From NCBI GenBank assembly GCA_017461065.1, contig JAFTZC010000061.1, forward strand, positions 1 to 61,250: DNA of 61,250 nt. Reading direction: 5' to 3'. The DNA comes from Clostridia bacterium. GTDB lineage: Bacteria; Bacillota; Clostridia; Christensenellales; DTU072. Of this stretch, positions 35,691 through 45,696 are shown one piece after another (position 1 is the stretch's first letter; each line of letters opens with the position of its first letter). The notes below the pieces were generated by a model that did no database searches, was not told the DNA's origin, and worked only from the letters and a program-made list of their open reading frames with translations. Made by a program: the position numbers and the translations under genes.

Positions 35691-37187
35691 ATGCAAGATA
35701 CAAACGATAAAGCTTTGACTAACGAAGAAACCACGGCAGGTGAGTTGGTCAACAAGGCAAAATCAATTTCAATAAGTCCAAAAGCAGTTATGGTAGGTAT
35801 CGTAGTTGTGCTTGCTTTGTTTATTACTGCGTACGTTATGACCTTCGTGCTCGATAAAGGCTACTTCCTAAGAGATGCCGAAGGCTCTATTATTGCCGGT
35901 ACCTATCGTGTAGACAACACCCTTGACGGCATCAAATGGTGGCAGTTCTTGCTTGCACCGTTTATGATTTTGCTCCCTTCAACCGAAGGCTCTATGACCG
36001 TATGGGCAATTATGCTACTGCTACTTATCATCGGCGCAATTTTTACTGCCCTTGACGACAGCGGTATACTCGTTTATATGGTGGAGTATCTCAACTTCAA
36101 GCTGGGACACAGGAAGTATTTGCTTTTGTTCATTATGACCTTTGCGCTGATGTTCCTTGGAAGCTCGGCAGGTATGTTTGAAGAACTTATTCCGCTCGTA
36201 CCGGTGGTCGTTATGCTTTCGTATGCTCTTGGTTGGGACGCTCTCGTCGGACTTGGTGTAAGCGTGCTTGCACCTTGCGCGGGTTTTTCGGCAGCAATAG
36301 TCAATCCGTTTACCGTGGGTATTGCACAAACTATCGGCAATATACCAATGTACTCGGGCATCGGGCTAAGAGTGTTGACGTTTGTGCTCGCATATATCAT
36401 TTTGATGGGATTTTTATATTTCTACGCCAAGAAAATCGAAAAAAATCCCCAAAAATCATTGGTCTATGCCGAAGATTTGGAGCGTAAAAAGACCTTTAGT
36501 TTCAGGGTAGACGACTTCAAAGAAGACAAGGGCAAAAACAAGGCTCTCATTTGGTTTGGTTGCTGGATGTTGCTCATCGTCGTGCTTGCGCTCGTATCCA
36601 TTGCAGCTCCCGTCCTTGCCGACTATCTAATGTATATCATCCTTGCAATATACGTTATTGCAGGTATCGGTGCTTGCATTATGTGTGGTGAAAAGGGTAA
36701 AACCCTTTTCAAAAACTTAGGCAAAGGTATGCTAACGCTACTTCCTGCCGTTGCTCTCATCCTTATCGCAGGTGGCATTAGATATATCGTCGAAGAAGGC
36801 GATATTATGGATACCATCCTTTATCACATAGTCAATTTGATAGGGGATAAGGGCGGTTTCGGTACGACTATACTCATTTATCTTTTGATTTTTGTTTTCG
36901 AACTATTTATCCAATCGGGCTCGGCAAAAGTATTTTTGCTTATGCCTATGGTATATAACATTTGCTCGATGGTAGGTATCCACCCACAAGTAGCGGTTCT
37001 CGCTTTCTGCTTTGCCGACGGATTTGCAAACGTACTTCTTCCCACAAACGCAGGATTACTTCTTATTTTGGGGCTTACCACCGTGGACTACGCAAAATGG
37101 CTAAGATGGAGCTTGAAGATACACCTTGCTATATTTGCCGCAACTATCGGAGTGCTCGCACTCGCACAATTCGTCGTTTACGCCTAA
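35691..37187 (+). CDS. YfcC/DcuC-like anaerobic carrier family transporter
   Basis: ~498 aa polytopic membrane protein; track ORF trimmed to ATG 35691. Confidence 0.75.
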   Translation: MQDTNDKALTNEETTAGELVNKAKSISISPKAVMVGIVVVLALFITAYVMTFVLDKGYFLRDAEGSIIAGTYRVDNTLDGIKWWQFLLAPFMILLPSTEGSMTVWAIMLLLLIIGAIFTALDDSGILVYMVEYLNFKLGHRKYLLLFIMTFALMFLGSSAGMFEELIPLVPVVVMLSYALGWDALVGLGVSVLAPCAGFSAAIVNPFTVGIAQTIGNIPMYSGIGLRVLTFVLAYIILMGFLYFYAKKIEKNPQKSLVYAEDLERKKTFSFRVDDFKEDKGKNKALIWFGCWMLLIVVLALVSIAAPVLADYLMYIILAIYVIAGIGACIMCGEKGKTLFKNLGKGMLTLLPAVALILIAGGIRYIVEEGDIMDTILYHIVNLIGDKGGFGTTILIYLLIFVFELFIQSGSAKVFLLMPMVYNICSMVGIHPQVAVLAFCFADGFANVLLPTNAGLLLILGLTTVDYAKWLRWSLKIHLAIFAATIGVLALAQFVVYA

Positions 37188-37199
37188 AAGGAGAACGCT

Positions 37200-38399
37200 A
37201 TGAGTAAATTCAGCGAAATTAAAGAACGTGACAACAAGTATTTTATGAACACCTACGCTCCCTACGACGTCGCTTTCGAAAGGGGAGAAGGTTGCTATCT
37301 ATACGACACCGACGGCAACGAGTATCTTGACTTTTTGGGTGGTATCGCAGTAAACGCACTCGGCTACAATTATCCCGCATTCGTTGACGCTATTACCGCT
37401 CAAGCAAAAAAGGTTTCGATAATCTCCAACTATTTTTATAATGAAAATCGCGGTCTTATGGCTGAGCAGTTGGTCAAAGATACCCATCTCGAAAAGGTCT
37501 TCTTTGGCAACAGCGGCGCCGAAGCCAACGAGTGTGCAATTAAACTTGCAAGAAAATATTTTAAGGTAAAGGGCGAAAACCGTTTTAAAATTGTGACTGC
37601 AGTCAAGTCATTCCACGGTAGAACGCTTGCAACGGTTACTGCAACGGGTCAAGAAAAATACAACAAGCCGTACGCACCACTTCCCGAAGGTATCGGCATT
37701 TATATCCCATATAACGACGAAGACGCCTTGAGAGCCGTGCTTGAGGACGACGAAGTTGCAGCAATTATGCTTGAGCCCATCCAAGGCGAAAGCGGCATAG
37801 TGCCGGCAACCGAAAGCTATCTCAAGCTTGCCGATAAGCTTACCAAAGAAAAGGGCGTTTTGCTTATTTTGGACGAAGTCCAAACGGGCGCCGGTAGAAC
37901 GGGCAAGTTTTGGGCGTTCGAGCACTACGGCGTAACTCCCGATATCGTAACGGCAGCAAAGGGAATTGGCGGTGGCGTACCGATTTCTGCGTGTATGGCA
38001 ACGGCTGAAGTGGCATCTGCTTTCGTCCCCGGTGACCACGGCACGACCTTTGGCGCACAACCACTCGTAACCGGTGTTGGCTACGCCGTATGCAGCAAAA
38101 TTAGAGAGCAAGGCTTTATGGACGAAGTTGCAGCAAAGGGAGCATACCTTAGAGCCGAGCTAAGGAAGATAGACGACGCTCGTATCGTTGACGTTAGGGG
38201 CAAAGGCCTTATGGTCGGCGCGGAAATTGAAAGTGGAGATATTGCAAAAGAAATATACAACCGTATGTTTAAAAAGGGATTTATTCTAAACGTAGCAGGT
38301 GGAAAGGTTCTAAGATTCGTACCACCGCTAATAGTTGCCACCGAGCAAATCGACCTTATGATTTCAGCTCTAAAGGAAACGCTAAAAGAAATGGAATAG
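37200..38399 (+). CDS. argD: class III PLP-dependent aminotransferase (acetylornithine/ornithine aminotransferase-like)
   Basis: 399 aa; GNSGAEANE, DEVQTGAGRTG and the PLP lysine context TAAKGIGGG. Confidence 0.85.
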   Translation: MSKFSEIKERDNKYFMNTYAPYDVAFERGEGCYLYDTDGNEYLDFLGGIAVNALGYNYPAFVDAITAQAKKVSIISNYFYNENRGLMAEQLVKDTHLEKVFFGNSGAEANECAIKLARKYFKVKGENRFKIVTAVKSFHGRTLATVTATGQEKYNKPYAPLPEGIGIYIPYNDEDALRAVLEDDEVAAIMLEPIQGESGIVPATESYLKLADKLTKEKGVLLILDEVQTGAGRTGKFWAFEHYGVTPDIVTAAKGIGGGVPISACMATAEVASAFVPGDHGTTFGAQPLVTGVGYAVCSKIREQGFMDEVAAKGAYLRAELRKIDDARIVDVRGKGLMVGAEIESGDIAKEIYNRMFKKGFILNVAGGKVLRFVPPLIVATEQIDLMISALKETLKEME

Positions 38400-38409
38400 T
38401 GCGTTAAAG

Positions 38410-38445
38410 CAAAATAAAAGCTCTCGTTCGAGAGCTTTTTTTGTT
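38410..38445. terminator. bidirectional intrinsic terminator
   Basis: aaaagctctcg-ttc-gagagctttttt. Confidence 0.7.
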
Positions 38446-38457
38446 GTCGGGTTAAGA

Positions 38458-39048
38458 CTATTTTTGGCGTTTGCGTATGTTGAGTATCCTTACGACTACA
38501 GGGCTTAAAACGATGTTCGTTGCAAGCTCAAATAGGAAGTTTGCGCCAACGAGTCCAAGGAACATAAAGTCTACGGTAGAGCTGAAACCGAATGAGGTTG
38601 CCCACTCCGTTAGGGTGTCCATAAAGAATATGGAGCAACAGGCAAGGAATACGCCCGTATTGACGACGGGGCATACGAATGCCGCGACGGCGACAGCAGC
38701 GTAGACGTTAAATTTTGAGATGAATTTGTAGCTTAGCCCTGCGCACAAACCACACAAAACACCTTTAACGAGTACCGTAACTATGGTGCCGAGTATATCA
38801 ATCGCAATAAAAGCTTGTGCGTCGCTAAATAGAACGACTACGCCGAAAACGAAGCCCAGCCAAGTGCTTATTCTCGTACCGCAGGTGGCTGCTCCTATTA
38901 CGATGGGTATAAGTACGAGTGATATAGCAACGGGGCCAAAGCGTATAAATTGACCTAAGAATTGTAGCACTACTACAAGCGCTGTCAAGATTGCGCCGAG
39001 CGCAATCGTCCTGGTTGAAAGTCTTTTGCTTGAATTGGTTTTTGCCAT
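38458..39048 (-). CDS. ECF-transporter S (substrate-capture) component
   Basis: 196 aa, six TM helices, N-terminal RTIALGAILTAL-type segment. The ECF A/T module is not in this window. Confidence 0.7.
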   Translation of the reverse strand: MAKTNSSKRLSTRTIALGAILTALVVVLQFLGQFIRFGPVAISLVLIPIVIGAATCGTRISTWLGFVFGVVVLFSDAQAFIAIDILGTIVTVLVKGVLCGLCAGLSYKFISKFNVYAAVAVAAFVCPVVNTGVFLACCSIFFMDTLTEWATSFGFSSTVDFMFLGLVGANFLFELATNIVLSPVVVRILNIRKRQK

Positions 39049-39095
39049 AACGTTCCCTTATCATTGTGCTATTGGAGCAAGTTTAGTGTAGATAT

Positions 39096-39124
39096 ATTAT
39101 CTCACACGCGCGCGAGAATGTCAA
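39096..39124 (-). promoter_or_regulatory. sigma-70-like promoter TTGACA-17-GATAAT for the ECF S component
   Basis: plus 39119-39124 tgtcaa, 39096-39101 attatc. Confidence 0.5.
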
Positions 39125-39132
39125 CGCACAAT

Positions 39133-39165
39133 AAAAAAAGAAAGCATTAAATGCTTTCTTTCGGG
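39133..39165 (-). terminator. intrinsic terminator after uxaC
   Basis: aagaaagcat-taa-atgctttctt with flanking A/T runs. Confidence 0.65.
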
Positions 39166-39186
39166 TAGGTAGGTTGTAAGATTGGC

Positions 39187-40578
39187 TTAGTATCCAAAGT
39201 ATGCCATAGCGTTGTCGTGGCAGATATCACGTATGATTTGCTTTAGGGAGTCAAGCTCGCTTTCGGGATATTCGCCGTGCTCTACCAAGTTGCCGAGATA
39301 GTTGGCGAGTATTCTTCTAAAATACTCGTGACGTGCGTAGGATAGGAAGCTCCTACTGTCGGTGAGCATACCGATAAAGGTTGCGATAGGGGCGCCTGCA
39401 CAGTAGGTGGCAATTTGTTGCTCCATACCCATCTTGTGGTCGTTAAACCACCAAGCGCTGCCTTGTTGCACCTTGCCCTTGAAGGGCGCTCCGTTGAATG
39501 CACCCATCATAGAAATCAGTAGGGCGTTGTCTTTGGAGTTAAGGGAGTATAGGAGAGTCTTGGGAAGCTTGGATTGCAAAGCAAGCTCGTCGAGTAGACC
39601 GTAGAGCTTGTCGACGTTGTTTTGGTCGTTTACGCAATCGAAGCCTGTGTCGGGACCAAGCGCAAGGAACATTTGGGTATTTGCGTTGCGTACGCAACCA
39701 AAATGGACCTCCATTGCGATATCGCGTTTAGCGTATTGCTTGCCGAAGAAGATGAGCATGTCGGTTTTGAAGCCGTCGACTTCGTCTTTGGTTAGGGGAG
39801 TGCCTTGTAGTGCCTTTTCAAAGACTTCTTTTGCTTTGTAGCTCGCTTTAAGGTTAAAGGGAACGTAGTCTAAGCCGTGGTCGGCAGCTTTGCAGCCGTT
39901 GGCTTGGAAGAAGTCAAGGCGTGATTTTAGTGCGGTCTTTAGGTCGTCAATAGAATTGATTGGTAAACCCGTTAATCTTGAAAGCTTCTTAATATAATCA
40001 AGGTAATCGGGCTTTTCGATATTTACGGCTTTGTCCGGGCGGAAAGCGGGGAGAACTTTTACCTTGTAGCCTTCTTCTTTGAGTAGCTTATGATATTTTA
40101 GGTCGTCGAGGGGATCGTTGGTGGTAACGATAACTTCAACGTTTGCTTTTTCGATAATTTTTCTAACGCTTAGTTCACTTAGGGCAAGGTTGGCTTTTTT
40201 ATAAATTTCTTCTGCCGTTTTAGCGTTAAGAGGGGTATCGATGCCAAGGTAACGCTTGAGTTCCAAGTGGCTGAAGTGGTATAGCGGATTGCCTGCTAAA
40301 GAGGGCATAATTGTAGCCCAAGCTACAAAACGAGCATATTCATTGCCTTTTCCTGTGATGAGCTTTTCTTCAACGCCCATATTGCGCATGGCTCTCCATT
40401 TATAGTGATCACCGCCGAGCCAAGCTTCGGTAATGGAGCTAAACTTTTTGTCTTCGTAGATTTCTTTTGCGTCTACGTGGCAGTGGTAATCGACGATAGG
40501 AAGATCTTTGACTTCGTCGTAAAGAGCAATAGCGGTGGGTGAATCAAGTAAAAAATCGTTATCTAAAAATTTTTTCAT
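39187..40578 (-). CDS. uxaC: glucuronate isomerase
   Basis: 463 aa; N-terminal FLLDSPTAIALY...IVDYHCH pattern typical of UxaC. Confidence 0.93.
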   Translation of the reverse strand: MKKFLDNDFLLDSPTAIALYDEVKDLPIVDYHCHVDAKEIYEDKKFSSITEAWLGGDHYKWRAMRNMGVEEKLITGKGNEYARFVAWATIMPSLAGNPLYHFSHLELKRYLGIDTPLNAKTAEEIYKKANLALSELSVRKIIEKANVEVIVTTNDPLDDLKYHKLLKEEGYKVKVLPAFRPDKAVNIEKPDYLDYIKKLSRLTGLPINSIDDLKTALKSRLDFFQANGCKAADHGLDYVPFNLKASYKAKEVFEKALQGTPLTKDEVDGFKTDMLIFFGKQYAKRDIAMEVHFGCVRNANTQMFLALGPDTGFDCVNDQNNVDKLYGLLDELALQSKLPKTLLYSLNSKDNALLISMMGAFNGAPFKGKVQQGSAWWFNDHKMGMEQQIATYCAGAPIATFIGMLTDSRSFLSYARHEYFRRILANYLGNLVEHGEYPESELDSLKQIIRDICHDNAMAYFGY

Positions 40579-40594
40579 ATATGCCTCCTTTGGT

Positions 40595-40623
40595 ATTATA
40601 ACCTAACTTTAAATATAAATCAA
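40595..40623 (-). promoter_or_regulatory. sigma-70-like promoter TTGATT-17-TATAAT for uxaC
   Basis: plus 40618-40623 aatcaa, 40595-40600 attata. Confidence 0.55.
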
Positions 40624-40871
40624 GATGCAATTAGCATATTATTATAATAGGTTTCGCGCTCTCGCGCGCGTGCGCGCGTTCCATATATTATATAGGTTTG
40701 GTTTACAGTTTTTACGCTTACTCTTCGGATAGTAGGGGAGCGCGACACACCCCTAATTCAGCACGTTTTTGCCAAAATTTTTTTAAACCACAATATGTTG
40801 TGGTGGGTTAAAGCCCGACCACAAGAGTCAAAAAATAATTAAAAAATATTTAAAAAAATATAAAAATTCGT

Positions 40872-40900
40872 TTGACTTTATACCTATTATTTATTATTAT
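40872..40900 (+). promoter_or_regulatory. S10-operon promoter TTGACT-17-TATTAT with a long A/T-rich UP-like region upstream (40830-40870)
   Basis: Read directly. Confidence 0.6.
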
Positions 40901-40906
40901 ATATGC

Positions 40907-41106
40907 GTTCGCGTTCGGGGATTTCTCTGAAACCGCCCGATTAAGTAGCTTAAGATGGAATATTGCATTCAAGTGGATGTCAATTCCGGAGGTACACGAA
41001 TCGCTGGAAGATAGGAAAACGGGCTTAGCCCTTTATTTTATCGGAAGGCACGATACACACGGCTAAGTGTGTACGGAATTGATAATAAATGGAGGACACA
41101 AATAAC
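40907..41106 (+). promoter_or_regulatory. structured ~200-nt leader of the S10 operon (candidate ribosomal-protein autoregulatory leader/attenuator)
   Basis: Hairpins tcgggg/ccgcccga (40914-40940), ggaat/attcc (40957-40987), gggc-tta-gccc plus tttatttta (41021-41040), tacacac-ggctaa-gtgtgta (41054-41073). The 64-aa track ORF here lacks an SD and any family signal. Confidence 0.4.
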
Positions 41107-41415
41107 ATGGCAGGTCAAAAGATCAGAATCAAATTGAAAGCCTATGACCACAGCTTGATAGATTCCTCTTGCGCAAAGATCGTTGAGGCTGCAAAGAGCA
41201 CCGGCGCTAGCGTATCAGGACCTATCCCGCTACCCACCGAGAAGGAAATTGTAACTATTCTTCGCTCTCCCCATAAATATAAGGATAGCAGAGAACAATT
41301 CGAACTTCGCACCCACAAGAGATTGATCGATATCTACAATTGCTCAACCAAGACCGTTGACGCTCTCATGAAGCTCGACGTTCCAGCAGGCGTAGACTTC
41401 CAACTCAAGCTGTAA
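41107..41415 (+). CDS. rpsJ: 30S ribosomal protein S10
   Basis: [15 protein letters not shown]...; GGAGG 41091-41095; track start 41089 trimmed. Confidence 0.95.
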   Translation: MAGQKIRIKLKAYDHSLIDSSCAKIVEAAKSTGASVSGPIPLPTEKEIVTILRSPHKYKDSREQFELRTHKRLIDIYNCSTKTVDALMKLDVPAGVDFQLKL

Positions 41416-41430
41416 TAGGAGGCTCAGACA

Positions 41431-42087
41431 ATGAAAAAAGCTATTTTAGGTAAGAAACTTGGTATGAGCCAAATATTCGCCGCTGACGGCACCGTTATCC
41501 CAGTAACCGTTGTTGAAGCAGGTCCTTGTGCAGTAGTACAAATCAAGACCGTTGCTAAAGATGGCTACGATGCAGTTAAGGTTGCATACGGCGAGGTAAA
41601 GGCTAATAACGTTAACAAGCCCACTGCAGGTCAATATAAGGTAGCAGGCGTTGCTCCTAAGAAGACCATGGCTGAATTCCGCTTTGAAGATTGCTCAGCA
41701 TACACCGTTGGCCAAGAAATCAAAGCTGATACCTTCGTAGTAGGCGACAAAGTAGACGTAACCGGCACCACTCGTGGTCGTGGTTACACCGGCACCATCC
41801 AAAGATGGAACGGACATATGCTCATGGCAACCCACGGCGTAGGCCCTGTTCACAGAGAAGTAGGTTCAATGGGCGCTAACTCCAGCCCCTCAAGAGTTTT
41901 CAAAAACAAGAAGATGGCTGGTCAATATGGTCACGAACAAGTAACCATCCAAAACTTGGAAGTAGTTAAGGTAGATGCAGCACGCAACGTTCTATTGATC
42001 GCAGGCGGAATCCCCGGTCCAAAGAACAGCCCCGTTATCATCAAGAATACCTGCAAGAAAGTAAAGGCTTCCAAGTGGTTCAAATAA
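41431..42087 (+). CDS. rplC: 50S ribosomal protein L3
   Basis: 218 aa; conserved order and sequence (KKLGMSQIF...). Confidence 0.96.
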   Translation: MKKAILGKKLGMSQIFAADGTVIPVTVVEAGPCAVVQIKTVAKDGYDAVKVAYGEVKANNVNKPTAGQYKVAGVAPKKTMAEFRFEDCSAYTVGQEIKADTFVVGDKVDVTGTTRGRGYTGTIQRWNGHMLMATHGVGPVHREVGSMGANSSPSRVFKNKKMAGQYGHEQVTIQNLEVVKVDAARNVLLIAGGIPGPKNSPVIIKNTCKKVKASKWFK

Positions 42088-42107
42088 TAGGGTAAGGAGA
42101 TACGAAT

Positions 42108-42728
42108 ATGATAGCAAAAGTTATAAACACCCTAGGTAATGAAGTAGGAACCGTTGAGCTCAACGACGAAATCTTTGGCAGAGAATATAACGAAGCACTT
42201 ATTCACCAAGTTATCGTTGCTCAACTCGCTAACAAGAGACAAGGCACCAAGAGCGCTCTAACCCGTACCGAAGTACGTGGTGGCGGCAAGAAGCCTTGGA
42301 GACAAAAGGGCACCGGCAGAGCTCGTCAAGGTAGCATCCGCGCTCCACAATGGATTCATGGTGGCGTTGTATTTGCTCCAAAGCCCCGCGACTTCAGCAA
42401 GAAGATCAACAAGCAAATGAGAGTTGGCGCACTATGCAGCGCACTATCAAAGAAGCTTGCAGACGGAGATCTCCTAATCGTTGATAAGTTCGAAATCGCT
42501 GAGCCAAAGACCAAGCTCGTTGCAACCGCTCTTAACACCATCGGTATCGAAAAGACCGCTCTCCTCGTAGTAAACGGTCACAATGAAGAACTCCTTCGCG
42601 CATCAAAGAACATTCAAGCACTCACCCTCAGTGACGTAGCACTACTAAACGTATATGAACTCGTTCGCGCAAACAAGTGTGTATTCACCCTCGACGCCGT
42701 TAACGCACTTATGGAGGTATATGCATAA
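42108..42728 (+). CDS. rplD: 50S ribosomal protein L4
   Basis: 206 aa; RQGT...GGGKKPWRQKGTGRARQGS motif. Confidence 0.96.
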   Translation: MIAKVINTLGNEVGTVELNDEIFGREYNEALIHQVIVAQLANKRQGTKSALTRTEVRGGGKKPWRQKGTGRARQGSIRAPQWIHGGVVFAPKPRDFSKKINKQMRVGALCSALSKKLADGDLLIVDKFEIAEPKTKLVATALNTIGIEKTALLVVNGHNEELLRASKNIQALTLSDVALLNVYELVRANKCVFTLDAVNALMEVYA

Positions 42729-43018
42729 TGAACAACTACGATATCATCATTAAACCCGTTCTCTCTGAAAAGAGCTACGACGGTATCGCAGCAAAGAGAT
42801 ACGCATTCGTCGTTAGAAAAGATGCTAACAAGACCCAAATCAAAATGGCAGTAGAAAGCATTTTCGGCGTATCTGTAGAAAAGGTAAACACCGTAAGAGT
42901 TAGCGGTAAGACCAGAAGAAGAGGCTACACAGAAGGCAAGACTGCATCCTACAAGAAGGCATACGTTACCCTTACTGCTGATAGCAAGGCAATCGAATTC
43001 TTCGAGAGTTTAGCATAA
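42728..43018 (+). CDS. rplW: 50S ribosomal protein L23
   Basis: 96 aa; IIKPVLSEKS motif. Confidence 0.95.
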   Translation: MNNYDIIIKPVLSEKSYDGIAAKRYAFVVRKDANKTQIKMAVESIFGVSVEKVNTVRVSGKTRRRGYTEGKTASYKKAYVTLTADSKAIEFFESLA

Positions 43019-43035
43019 TCGGGAGGTAAATAAGA

Positions 43036-43863
43036 ATGGCTGTTATTAAATATAAACCAACTTCCCCTGCACGCCGTAATATGAGCGTATCAGACTTTGC
43101 AGAAATCACCTGCACTAAGCCTGAAAAGAGTTTGCTAGTAAGCAAGAACAAGACCGGCGGTCGCAACAATTTGGGAAGAATTACCGTTAGACACATTGGT
43201 GGCGGTAACAGAAACAAGTACAGAATCATCGACTTTAAGCGTAATAAAGACGGTATCCCAGCTAAGGTTGCAAGCGTTCAATACGATCCAAACCGTAGCG
43301 CAAACATCGCTCTCCTCAACTATGCTGACGGCGAAAAGAGATACATCCTTTGCCCAGTTGGTTTGAACGTAGGCGACACCGTACTAAGTGGCGCTGGCGC
43401 AGATATCAAGGCAGGTAACTCACTCCTTCTCCAAGATATCCCAGTAGGTACCACCATTCATAACATTGAGCTTCAACCCGGAAAGGGCGGCCAAATCGCT
43501 CGTTCAGCCGGCGTAAGCGCTCAACTTATGGCAAAAGAAAACAACAAGGCTACCCTCAGAATGCCTTCTGGCGAAATGAGATACGTAAGCCTCAAGTGTA
43601 AAGCTACTATCGGCACCGTTGGTAACATCGATCACGAAAACGTAAGCGTTGGTAAGGCTGGTAAGACCCGTCATATGGGCGTTAAACCTACCGTTCGTGG
43701 TGTTGTTATGAACCCATGCGATCACCCCCACGGTGGTGGTGAGGGCAAGAGCCCAATCGGTATGGCTACACCTGTTACCCCATGGGGCAAGCCTGCTCTC
43801 GGTTATAAGACCCGTAGCAAGAAGGCTAAGTCCAATAAGATGATTATTAAGCGTATTAATTAG
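43036..43863 (+). CDS. rplB: 50S ribosomal protein L2
   Basis: 275 aa; [13 protein letters not shown] and HPHGGGEG motifs. Confidence 0.97.
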   Translation: MAVIKYKPTSPARRNMSVSDFAEITCTKPEKSLLVSKNKTGGRNNLGRITVRHIGGGNRNKYRIIDFKRNKDGIPAKVASVQYDPNRSANIALLNYADGEKRYILCPVGLNVGDTVLSGAGADIKAGNSLLLQDIPVGTTIHNIELQPGKGGQIARSAGVSAQLMAKENNKATLRMPSGEMRYVSLKCKATIGTVGNIDHENVSVGKAGKTRHMGVKPTVRGVVMNPCDHPHGGGEGKSPIGMATPVTPWGKPALGYKTRSKKAKSNKMIIKRIN

Positions 43864-43874
43864 GAGGCACATAG

Positions 43875-44156
43875 ATGAGCAGATCAGTTAAAAAAGGTCC
43901 CTTTTGCGAAGAGAGCTTAATGAAGAGAATCACTGCGATGAACGATGCTGGCGAAAAGAAGCCCGTTAAGACTTGGTCAAGAGCTTCTGTTATCTTCCCA
44001 GAATTCGTTGGTCACACTATCGCCGTTCACAACGGTAAAACCCACGTGCCTGTATACGTAACTGAAGACATGGTTGGTCTCAAGCTCGGCGAGTTTGCTC
44101 CTACCAGAAAGTTCAACGGTCACGCAGGCTCCAAGGCCGCTGGCGGTAAGAAATAG
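43875..44156 (+). CDS. rpsS: 30S ribosomal protein S19
   Basis: 93 aa; SRSVKKGPF and HNGK motifs. Confidence 0.96.
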   Translation: MSRSVKKGPFCEESLMKRITAMNDAGEKKPVKTWSRASVIFPEFVGHTIAVHNGKTHVPVYVTEDMVGLKLGEFAPTRKFNGHAGSKAAGGKK

Positions 44157-44167
44157 GAGGTCTCAAT

Positions 44168-44554
44168 ATGGCAACTAGAGTTAGAGAAAAGACCAAAGCA
44201 AGATTGGAAAATAAGGACACCCGTCCCTATGCAGTAGCAAAATCCATTAGAATTTCACCCTATAAGGTTCGTTCCGTACTAGACGTAATTCGTGGTAAGA
44301 GCTATATTGAAGCAGTTGCACTTCTTAAGGCAATGAACAAGTCTTCAAGCACCCCCATCCTTAAGGTTGTTAACAGCGCAGCAGCTAATGCAGAAAACAA
44401 CCTCGGTATGAATAAGGATACCCTTTACGTAGCAGAGTGCTTTGCAGACGAAGGCAGAACCCTTAAGCGCTATCAACCCGTATCTAAGGGTCGTGGTCAT
44501 AGCATCATGAAGCGCACCACTCACATCACCGTCATTCTTGACGCCGCTAAATAG
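44168..44554 (+). CDS. rplV: 50S ribosomal protein L22
   Basis: 128 aa; position and sequence. Confidence 0.95.
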   Translation: MATRVREKTKARLENKDTRPYAVAKSIRISPYKVRSVLDVIRGKSYIEAVALLKAMNKSSSTPILKVVNSAAANAENNLGMNKDTLYVAECFADEGRTLKRYQPVSKGRGHSIMKRTTHITVILDAAK

Positions 44555-44568
44555 GAGGAATTACCAAA

Positions 44569-45258
44569 ATGGGTCAAAAAGTTAATCCACATGGTTTGAG
44601 AGTTGGTATCATCGCTCCCTGGAGCAGCACATGGTACGCAAACAAAAAGGATTTCGGTAAGAACCTCAAAGAGGACGATGAAATCCGTAAGTATATTAAG
44701 AAGAACTACTACGATGCAGCTATCTCCAAGATCGTTATCGAAAGAGCAGCTAACACCGTTAAGATCGATATCTATTGCGGTAGAGTAGGCGTAGCAGTTG
44801 GCAAGATGAGCAAGAAGGACGCTCCCGTTGAAGAAACCGGCGCAAAGAAAAAGGGCATCGAAGAAATCAACGCAGCAGTTCGTAAGATCGTTGGCAACGA
44901 CAAGACCTTCAGCGTAAACGTTCACGAAGTTAAGAACGTTGATATGGACGCTCAAATCGTTGCAGAATCAATCGCAGCAGCACTCGAAAAGAGAACTCCC
45001 TTCCGTAGAGCTATGAAGTTCGCAATGGGCAGAGCTATGAGAGCTGGTGCTAAGGGTATTAAGACCATGGTTAGCGGACGTCTTGACGGCGCTGAAATCG
45101 CAAGAAGCGAAAGCTACCACGAAGGTTCAATCCCACTTCAAACCCTTCGCGCAGACATCGATTACGGCTTTGCAAGAGCTAATACCACCTATGGTGTTAT
45201 CGGTGTTAAGACCTGGATCTACAAGGGCGAGGTTTTCAAGAAAGGAGGTAAAAACTAA
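44569..45258 (+). CDS. rpsC: 30S ribosomal protein S3
   Basis: 229 aa; [12 protein letters not shown]-terminus. Confidence 0.96.
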   Translation: MGQKVNPHGLRVGIIAPWSSTWYANKKDFGKNLKEDDEIRKYIKKNYYDAAISKIVIERAANTVKIDIYCGRVGVAVGKMSKKDAPVEETGAKKKGIEEINAAVRKIVGNDKTFSVNVHEVKNVDMDAQIVAESIAAALEKRTPFRRAMKFAMGRAMRAGAKGIKTMVSGRLDGAEIARSESYHEGSIPLQTLRADIDYGFARANTTYGVIGVKTWIYKGEVFKKGGKN

Positions 45259-45260
45259 TT

Positions 45261-45695
45261 ATGTTAATGCCTAAAAGAGTTAAAAGAAGAAAGCAACAAC
45301 GCGGCAGAATGACCGGTAAGGCTTTGAGAGGTAACAAGATCGCTTACGGCGAATACGGCCTCGTAGCAACCGAGCCAGCATGGATCAAGTCCAACCAAAT
45401 CGAAGCAGCCCGTGTTGCAATGACCAGATATATCAAGCGTGGCGGTCAAGTATGGGTAAACATCTTCCCACACAAGCCCCTAACCAAGCACCCCGCTGAA
45501 GCTCGTATGGGTAGTGGTAAAGGTGCCGTAGAATTCTGGGTAGCAGTAGTAAAGCCCGGCAGAGTTATGTTCGAAATGGCCGGTGTTAGTGAAGAAGTAG
45601 CAAGAGAAGCACTTCGTCTCGCAGCAAACAAGCTTCCTGTAAAGTGCAAGTTTGCTAAGAAAGAAGACTTAGTAGAAGAAGGAGTTGAATGTTAA
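45261..45695 (+). CDS. rplP: 50S ribosomal protein L16
   Basis: 144 aa; [12 protein letters not shown]-terminus. Confidence 0.96.
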   Translation: MLMPKRVKRRKQQRGRMTGKALRGNKIAYGEYGLVATEPAWIKSNQIEAARVAMTRYIKRGGQVWVNIFPHKPLTKHPAEARMGSGKGAVEFWVAVVKPGRVMFEMAGVSEEVAREALRLAANKLPVKCKFAKKEDLVEEGVEC

Positions 45696-45696
45696 T

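Noticed and set aside
40872-41066. 64-aa plus-strand ORF upstream of rpsJ
   Set aside because: It starts at a TTG that is the -35 box of the S10 promoter. It has no SD and its composition is unlike the neighbouring genes. The region reads better as a structured leader.
45685-45696. TTG start for rpmC proposed by the ORF track
   Set aside because: The TTG overlaps the rplP stop region. ATG 45697 gives the canonical L29 N-terminus.
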